Assembly: GCF_019429335.1 (NCBI RefSeq) | Contig: NZ_JAHYJB010000002.1 | Location: forward strand, 62,343-126,342 | From: Sulfurimonas sp. | Lineage (GTDB): Bacteria > Campylobacterota > Campylobacteria > Campylobacterales > Sulfurimonadaceae | Direction: 5' to 3' | Length of the DNA stretch: 64,000 nt | In this document: positions 57,968-64,000 of the stretch, piece by piece | How positions within the stretch are numbered: the first letter of the stretch is position 1 | Layout of the letters: every line of letters begins with the position of its first letter | The notes under the pieces: generated by a model | Database searches by the model: none | The model's input: the letters and a program-made list of their open reading frames with translations, nothing else | Told to the model about the DNA's origin: nothing | Translations under genes and position numbers: made by a program

Positions 57968-58056
57968 TCTTAATTATTGTATCCTTTCATCATCGAAAGG
58001 GTGCGCCCTCTTAAAGCCATTTTGGCACTTCAATACACTCTTAATAAAGGTACTTT

Positions 58057-59607
58057 ATGACAAATGTTAGCATCATAGTTTTAGACTTTGGCTCCCAATA
58101 TACCCAACTTATTGCTCGTCGTCTTCGTGAAGATAAAATCTATTGCGAAATTCTTCCTTATCACACAAAAGTAGAAGATATTAAGTTGAAAAACCCAAAA
58201 GGGGTAATACTCAGCGGCGGTCCATCTTCTGTTTATAACAAAGATGCTTATGAGGTAGATCAGGGCATATACAAGATGGGAATTCCCGTTCTTGGCATCT
58301 GTTACGGTATGCAGAGAATTGCCGTAGATTTCGGCGGAAGTGTTATCCGCTCATCACACCATGAGTACGGAAAAGCTGAATTGAAAATTATAAATACTGA
58401 AGAGGGGTGCTCGCCTCTTCTAAAAGATTGTGACGACGGCAGAATCGTATGGATGAGCCACAGCGATAAGGTTGACGTGCTTCCAGAGGGCTTTACGCCG
58501 ATAGCTACTTCGGCAAACTCTCCTTATGCTGCTGTTGCAAATGAAGAAAAACGCATATATGCAATGCAGTATCATCCTGAAGTTCAGCACTCAGAAGAGG
58601 GATATTTAATGCTTCGCAACTTTGCAAGAACTATCTGCGGAGTAACAGAGAAGTGGAAAATGGAACACTTTTTAAAAGAGCAGATTAAGATTATTCGTGA
58701 AAAAGTGGGAAGCGCAAAAGTTCTATGCGGACTAAGCGGCGGGGTTGACAGCTCTGTCGTTGCCGCTATGCTTTATGAGGCAATCGGCGATCAACTGGTT
58801 CCGGTTTTTGTAGATAACGGACTACTGCGCAAAGGCGAGAGAGAACAGGTTGAAGAAGTTTTTAAAATCAATCTTAAAGTGCCTTTGGTAGTGGTAGACG
58901 CAAGAGAGAGCTTCTTGGGCAAGCTTGCGGGTGTAAAAGACCCTGAGAAAAAACGCAAGATTATCGGGCATACGTTTATAGAGGAGTTTGAAAAAGAGGC
59001 TAAAAAGCATGACGGTATCAAGTTTTTGGCTCAGGGAACCCTCTATCCTGATGTTATAGAGTCTATCTCCGTAAACGGTCCTTCAGAGGTTATAAAATCT
59101 CATCACAATGTCGGTGGTCTGCCTGATTGGATGGACTTTGAACTGATAGAGCCTCTTCGTGAACTATTTAAAGACGAAGTTCGTAAAATCGGTCTTGAGC
59201 TTGGACTTCCTGAAGCTATGATTAATCGTCATCCGTTCCCTGGACCGGGACTTGCAATTCGCATCATGGGTGATGTAAATGAGGCAGATTTGACACTTTT
59301 GCGTGAAGCAGATGTTATTTTGCTTGATGAGTTAAAAGCTGGCGGATATTATGCTAAAACTTGGCAGGCTTTCGCAGTTTTATTAAATGTAAAATCGGTT
59401 GGCGTTATGGGCGACAACCGTACTTATGACAACACTGTTTGTGTAAGGGTTGTTGAGGCAGTTGACGGCATGACGGCAACATTTGCACATCTTCCGCATG
59501 ATTTGTTAGAGAGAATTAGCAGAAGAATCATTAACGAAGTTGACGGTATTAACCGCGTAGTGTATGACATCTCCTCCAAGCCTCCGGCTACGATTGAGTG
59601 GGAATAA
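58057..59607 (+). CDS. guaA: GMP synthase (glutamine-hydrolysing)
   Basis: [45 protein letters not shown]. Confidence 0.98.
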   Translation: MTNVSIIVLDFGSQYTQLIARRLREDKIYCEILPYHTKVEDIKLKNPKGVILSGGPSSVYNKDAYEVDQGIYKMGIPVLGICYGMQRIAVDFGGSVIRSSHHEYGKAELKIINTEEGCSPLLKDCDDGRIVWMSHSDKVDVLPEGFTPIATSANSPYAAVANEEKRIYAMQYHPEVQHSEEGYLMLRNFARTICGVTEKWKMEHFLKEQIKIIREKVGSAKVLCGLSGGVDSSVVAAMLYEAIGDQLVPVFVDNGLLRKGEREQVEEVFKINLKVPLVVVDARESFLGKLAGVKDPEKKRKIIGHTFIEEFEKEAKKHDGIKFLAQGTLYPDVIESISVNGPSEVIKSHHNVGGLPDWMDFELIEPLRELFKDEVRKIGLELGLPEAMINRHPFPGPGLAIRIMGDVNEADLTLLREADVILLDELKAGGYYAKTWQAFAVLLNVKSVGVMGDNRTYDNTVCVRVVEAVDGMTATFAHLPHDLLERISRRIINEVDGINRVVYDISSKPPATIEWE

Positions 59608-59616
59608 AATCAGTAC

Positions 59617-60255
59617 ATGCAAAAAAAAATCTATCTCTTTGCAACGTCAAAAAGCAAAGATGCTATCAATATAAAATCTTTGGATGTCAGGTTCTTAAAA
59701 CCAGAGATTGATTTTTCAAAATACGACTATCTTATTATTACATCAAAGCAGACAGTAAAAGCATTAGAGCAGTATGACACAAAAGATTTTATCGATATTC
59801 CCGCACTTTGTGTCTCCCCGAAAACTGCAAATTTATATAAAGAGTTCGGTGGCAAAATTTTGGCAGTTGGTGATGGGTATGGGGATAATTTGGCAAAAAG
59901 CATAAAAGAGTATAGAAGTGAGACGAAGTGGCTATATCTCAGAGCAGAACTCATTGCTTCTGGTTTCGTGCAAAAAAGCAGAGATGATGGGTACAAAATT
60001 GATGAAAAAATCCTTTACGCAAGTGAATGCTCTAAAGAGATTTTGGATGTCAGGGTAAACGATGATTCTACGCTTATTTTTACATCTCCGTCATCAATAG
60101 AGTGCTTTTTGAAAAACAACACTATCCATCCTGATGCAAAAGTTATCGTTATCGGTACAACAACCGCCAACTGCTTGCCAGAGGGAATTAGCTATATAGT
60201 TAGCCAAAATACCTCAATTGAGAGCTGTGTGGAGTTGGCACACAATATAAAATAG
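59617..60255 (+). CDS. hemD: Uroporphyrinogen-III synthase
   Basis: LIITSKQTV, LIFTSPSSIECF, VIGTTTA. Confidence 0.82.
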   Translation: MQKKIYLFATSKSKDAINIKSLDVRFLKPEIDFSKYDYLIITSKQTVKALEQYDTKDFIDIPALCVSPKTANLYKEFGGKILAVGDGYGDNLAKSIKEYRSETKWLYLRAELIASGFVQKSRDDGYKIDEKILYASECSKEILDVRVNDDSTLIFTSPSSIECFLKNNTIHPDAKVIVIGTTTANCLPEGISYIVSQNTSIESCVELAHNIK

Positions 60256-60300
60256 TGTTTTATAAAAGAAAATCAAGAATTATTTTGTATAATAGTATCT

Positions 60301-60498
60301 GTAGTCTGGGTAGTTCGATATATCGCCTATGAGGGTTCTACACATGAATACAGCGAATTAGTAGGACTTGCGTGTGTTGGTGTTGTCGTTTGAGATACGT
60401 TAACTCTGTCAAGACAATGTCGCCGATAGCAAGCTCTCTCTTCGCCCAAATACGGCTTTTAGAACCAAGCCAAACGCGAGACGGCTATCTGGGCTACA
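60301..60498 (+). ncRNA. ssrS: Probable 6S RNA
   Basis: About 200 nt non-coding; the ends pair (gtagtctgggtagt 60301-60314 with gctatctgggctac 60484-60497); TGTATAAT -10 just upstream. 6S RNA lies next to purD in Helicobacter and Campylobacter. Confidence 0.75.
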
Positions 60499-60501
60499 TG
60501 T

Positions 60502-60590
60502 ACAAAGCAGTTACACTGTCTTTGTTTTGACCTTAAACAAAGGGCACCTCTAAAAATCCTCACTTAATCGGGGCTCTTTAGAGATGCTCT
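60502..60590. terminator. Hairpins downstream of the 6S-like RNA (terminator and/or repeat)
   Basis: acaaagcag-ttaca-ctgtctttgt followed by Ts; long imperfect stem agggcacctctaaa (60541-60554) / tttagagatgctct (60577-60590). Confidence 0.45.
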
Positions 60591-60620
60591 AAATATTTTT
60601 AACTAATTTATGGAGAGTTG

Positions 60621-61886
60621 ATGAAGATTTTAATATTAGGCAGCGGCGGCAGAGAGTACTCTATAGCTCGTGCAATTTTAAACGAAAAAGAGGCACACCA
60701 GCTCTTCTTTATGCCTGGAAACGGCGCAACCTCCTCCCTCGGAACAAATCTAGATATTAAAGATTATGATGAATTGGCAAAATTTGCAAAAAGCAGTGGC
60801 ATTGAGCTGACTATTGTTGGACCGGAGGTTCCGCTTGTTGGTGGTGCTGTAGATATATTCAAATCTCATGGAGTTACAATTTTTGGACCGAGCAAAGAGG
60901 CTGCAAGGCTTGAGGGTTCAAAAGTATATATGAAAAACTTTCTTGCAAAGTACAATATTCCAACAGCGCGCTACATAGAAACATCTTCAATCGAAGACGC
61001 GTTTAGATTTGCAGAGAAGCTTTCTACCCCGATTGTTGTAAAAGCGGACGGTCTTTGCGGTGGAAAAGGCGTTATTATCGCCCAAACTCATGATGAGGCA
61101 AAAATTGCAATCTCTGAAATGTTAAGTGGAAAAAGTTTTGGAGAAGCTGGAAGAAAAGTAGTTGTCGAAGAGTTTTTAGACGGCTATGAACTATCAATGT
61201 TTGCGGTTTGCGACGGAGAGGATTATATACTTCTTCCGGCAGCGCAAGACCACAAAAGACTTATGGATAATGACCAAGGACCAAATACAGGCGGAATGGG
61301 TGCTTACGCTCCTACACCTCTTGTTGATGAGCATCTTTACCAAAAGGTCAGAGATAGAATTATACGTCCTACCCTTGATGGTATGAAGAGAGAGGGAGCG
61401 CCTTTTGAGGGTGTTTTATTTATTGGAATCATGGTAGTAAAAGGCGAGCCTATTACGCTAGAGTTTAATGTTCGTTTCGGAGATCCTGAGTGTGAAATTC
61501 TTATGCCTTTGATGACATCAAGCGTAAGTGATATGTTTTATAAAGCCGCTACAAACAGACTTGGCGAGATTAAAGTAGAGTTTTCTAAGAAGTTTGCAGT
61601 CGGCGTTGTTATGGCAAGTGGGGATTATCCATATAAAAATTCAACTCCAGCGGAGATAATAGTAGATAATGTACATCATGAAGAGATAGAGAAATATACC
61701 CACATATCATATGCAGGAGTGAGCATGATTGAGGGTAAACTTTACGCTGATGGTGGCAGAGTTCTTGTTTGCGTAGGCATTGGAGATACGATAAAAGAGG
61801 CGAGAGACAGAGCATATATGAGATGTGGGCAAGTTCACTTTGCAGGCAAAAAACTTCGTACAGATATAGCTTATCAAGCGCTTTAA
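60621..61886 (+). CDS. purD: Phosphoribosylamine-glycine ligase
   Basis: [56 protein letters not shown]. Confidence 0.97.
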   Translation: MKILILGSGGREYSIARAILNEKEAHQLFFMPGNGATSSLGTNLDIKDYDELAKFAKSSGIELTIVGPEVPLVGGAVDIFKSHGVTIFGPSKEAARLEGSKVYMKNFLAKYNIPTARYIETSSIEDAFRFAEKLSTPIVVKADGLCGGKGVIIAQTHDEAKIAISEMLSGKSFGEAGRKVVVEEFLDGYELSMFAVCDGEDYILLPAAQDHKRLMDNDQGPNTGGMGAYAPTPLVDEHLYQKVRDRIIRPTLDGMKREGAPFEGVLFIGIMVVKGEPITLEFNVRFGDPECEILMPLMTSSVSDMFYKAATNRLGEIKVEFSKKFAVGVVMASGDYPYKNSTPAEIIVDNVHHEEIEKYTHISYAGVSMIEGKLYADGGRVLVCVGIGDTIKEARDRAYMRCGQVHFAGKKLRTDIAYQAL

Positions 61887-61897
61887 GAAGAGATGAA

Positions 61898-62347
61898 GTG
61901 AACGAAAAGATACAAGATATACTTCATCGCGAGGGAATGAGTTTGGCGCCTGTAAAGAAGAGGGCGATGGCCTTTTTTATAGATGAGATGCTGCTTTCGC
62001 TTTTGCTTATTTTAGCTTTAGGAAACTCTTTTTTTGAAGCTAAAACAGTTGAGGAGATGATTATCCTTACAAACACTTTTGTTTTGGAATATATGGCGAT
62101 GAAGTTTTTTTACCAAGCCTTTTTTGTAATGCAGTACGGTGCGACGCTCGGCAAGCTTTTTATGAAAATCAGGGTAGTAGAGGTAAAAACATTGCAAACG
62201 CCAAATGTTATTGTTTCTCTTAATCGCTCAATCGTAAGGGTGGTGAGCGAGATGCTTTTTTATCTCGGATTTTTATGGGGCGTATTAGACCCTGCTCGTC
62301 AAACTTGGCATGATAAAAGCGCTAAGACTTTGGTTGTAAATGTTTAA
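61898..62347 (+). CDS. RDD family membrane protein
   Basis: KRAMAFFIDE, GATLGK, WHDK; probable GTG start at 61898. Confidence 0.85.
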   Translation: MNEKIQDILHREGMSLAPVKKRAMAFFIDEMLLSLLLILALGNSFFEAKTVEEMIILTNTFVLEYMAMKFFYQAFFVMQYGATLGKLFMKIRVVEVKTLQTPNVIVSLNRSIVRVVSEMLFYLGFLWGVLDPARQTWHDKSAKTLVVNV

Positions 62348-64000
62348 GCTACTAATATTTTTAATCCTGATTACTACGCATGTAGTCGGTAATGAGAAGG
62401 TTGAAGTATATGCCACTGCAATGGACACAAAAGATAATATCGTTACCGCAGACGGTGAAGTTGTCGTAATATACCAAGACTATCAGTTAAGTGCTAAAAG
62501 AGCTCGCTATGACAGAAACAACGGCGATTTGGAGCTATTTGGAAATATTAGAGCAAGCCAAGGCGAGAATATCCAGCTCCTCGGAGAGTATGCAAAACTG
62601 AACATAGCAAACAAAGAGAGAACATTCAGTCCTTTTTTTATGCTTGAAAAAACATCAGATGTTTGGTTGAGCGGCGACAACGGATACGCAAAAGATAAAG
62701 AGGTTGAGATAACTTCTGGTGTAATGAGCGGATGCGATCCAAATGACCCTCTTTGGAAGATGGAGTTTACATCATCTGAGTATAATACAGACACCATGTG
62801 GTTAAATCTATACAACGCTAGGCTTTATCTTTATGATATCCCCGTTTTTTACACACCATATTTCGGATATTCACTAGATACAACAAGGAGAACTGGTATT
62901 TTGCCTCCAATGGTAGGTTTTTCAGAAAAAGAGGGACTATACTATGAACAGGCACTCTATATTGCAGAGCAAAATTGGTGGGATTTAGAGCTTAAGCCAC
63001 AATTAAGAACAAATCGCGGTTCCGGTTTGTATAGCACTTTTAGATTCGTAGACAGCAAGATATCAAAAGGCTCTCTTAGTGCAGGGTATTTTAAAGAGAA
63101 GCAAAAGTATTTTGATGATAGTAAGCTGGCAAACAAAAAACACTACGGTTTTAATTTTCTCTATGACAACAGTGACGTAATAAATGAGTGGTTTGGCACA
63201 AACTTGAAGGGACAGTCTGGTCTATATATGGACATTGTTAACATGAATGACGTAGACTATATTAATCTTTCAACAAACGACACTACGAAAAATGCGACAA
63301 CAACGCAGCTTCTCTCAAGAATAAACCTCTTTTACAATACTGATGATAACTATATAGGGGCCTATTTTAAACACTATAAAGATTTAAATTTAGATAGCAA
63401 CAAGAGGACTCTTCAAGACCTTCCTGCTCTGCACTACCACAGATATTTGGATACTCTTCTTGAAGACCATTTCTTATACAGCTTGGATGTGAAAAGTGAC
63501 AACTACTACAGAGCGCTTGGAAAGAGTGCTACGCAAACAGATATAAACATCCCTCTGACGCTGCAAACATCGCTTTTTGACGAGTATTTAAATATTGCAT
63601 ATAAAGCAAATATCTATGCGCAGCATACAAGCTTTAAAGGCGAAGAGGAGATACCCACAGCAAATGAGTATAACAGCGGCTATTTTGCAAGAAATTATCA
63701 TGCATTTTCGGCATCAACTCAGTTGACAAGGGCGTTTGAAGAGTTTACTCATGTAGTTGATTTCGGTGCGCAGTATCAGGTGGATGGCTCTAAGCTTGAA
63801 GACGGATATTATGATGAGCAAAGAGATTATTGTTCGATTAGAGTAAATCAATCAAAGCCTATTTGTGAGTTTTATAATATTACAGAGATAGAGAAGAATC
63901 TGCAGCTCTACTTTTCACACTATCTATATGATGTGACAGGAAAACAGATAGTTTACCATAGGCTTGCGCAAAATATCTCTTATAAGGAGATTGGTGGCGG
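62340..64000 (+). CDS. lptD: LPS assembly protein LptD (3' end runs off the window)
   Basis: Hand translation MFKLLIFLIL...TADGEVVVIYQDYQLSAKRARYD...SGCDPNDPLW; same frame reads HRLAQNISY at the window end; purD-RDD-lptD order as in Campylobacter. Confidence 0.9.
   Translation, partial: MFKLLIFLILITTHVVGNEKVEVYATAMDTKDNIVTADGEVVVIYQDYQLSAKRARYDRNNGDLELFGNIRASQGENIQLLGEYAKLNIANKERTFSPFFMLEKTSDVWLSGDNGYAKDKEVEITSGVMSGCDPNDPLWKMEFTSSEYNTDTMWLNLYNARLYLYDIPVFYTPYFGYSLDTTRRTGILPPMVGFSEKEGLYYEQALYIAEQNWWDLELKPQLRTNRGSGLYSTFRFVDSKISKGSLSAGYFKEKQKYFDDSKLANKKHYGFNFLYDNSDVINEWFGTNLKGQSGLYMDIVNMNDVDYINLSTNDTTKNATTTQLLSRINLFYNTDDNYIGAYFKHYKDLNLDSNKRTLQDLPALHYHRYLDTLLEDHFLYSLDVKSDNYYRALGKSATQTDINIPLTLQTSLFDEYLNIAYKANIYAQHTSFKGEEEIPTANEYNSGYFARNYHAFSASTQLTRAFEEFTHVVDFGAQYQVDGSKLEDGYYDEQRDYCSIRVNQSKPICEFYNITEIEKNLQLYFSHYLYDVTGKQIVYHRLAQNISYKEIGG

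Noticed and set aside
58020-58040. TTGGCAC as a sigma-54 promoter (also GGCAC at 23146 and 25217)
   Set aside because: No GC dinucleotide at the required -12 position in any of these cases.
3195-61815. The many 60-160 aa ORFs nested in or antisense to recognised genes (e.g. 11596..12051, 13863..14306, 47679..48071, 48905..49360)
   Set aside because: No motifs, RBS or promoter context; expected by-products of codon bias opposite long genes.
62507-62815. Minus-strand 102-aa ORF, the only ORF-track entry in the last 1.6 kb
   Set aside because: Shadow of lptD, which runs on the plus strand to the window end.
1-64000. Selenocysteine or other stop-codon read-through, and IS/integrase genes
   Set aside because: Apart from the kinase frameshift, no TGA-terminated ORF has an obvious in-frame continuation of a known domain, and no DDE, HUH or tyrosine-recombinase motifs were recognised.

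Overview
A 64 kb chromosomal window from a Campylobacterota (epsilonproteobacterial) bacterium, most likely Sulfurimonas or a close relative. This taxonomic call is inferred from protein sequences and from conserved gene orders (rsmG-ribA/hemB-argF, kdsA-ribH-nusB, mqnC-M16-recG, fliW/bamD-lon, guaA...6S-purD-RDD-lptD). Most of the window is housekeeping. Both edge genes are partial and absent from the ORF track: an OprC/NosA-type TonB-dependent copper receptor (1..1905, minus) and lptD (62340..end). The main accessory region, about 20.6-33.0 kb, holds an OmpR-family regulator, a frameshifted Cache-type histidine kinase, an exported YyaL/DUF255 thioredoxin-domain protein, a reverse-order RND-MFP-TolC pump, a deleted second copy of the yyaL 3' end, and a SEC-C/pRiA4b ORF-3 fusion. 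The same GCACTTT-N4-GCACTTT direct repeat precedes both yyaL and the pump. Other notable loci are an MSHA-like minor pilin/adhesin cluster, a PAS-Hpt-NIT hybrid kinase-receiver phosphorelay, a pentaheme cytochrome c, a probable 6S RNA upstream of purD, several multi-hairpin intergenic elements (one pair with compensatory base changes), and several apparently leaderless genes. No rRNA, tRNA, CRISPR array, transposase or integrase was recognised. Family assignments come from motif recognition by eye; no database search was run.
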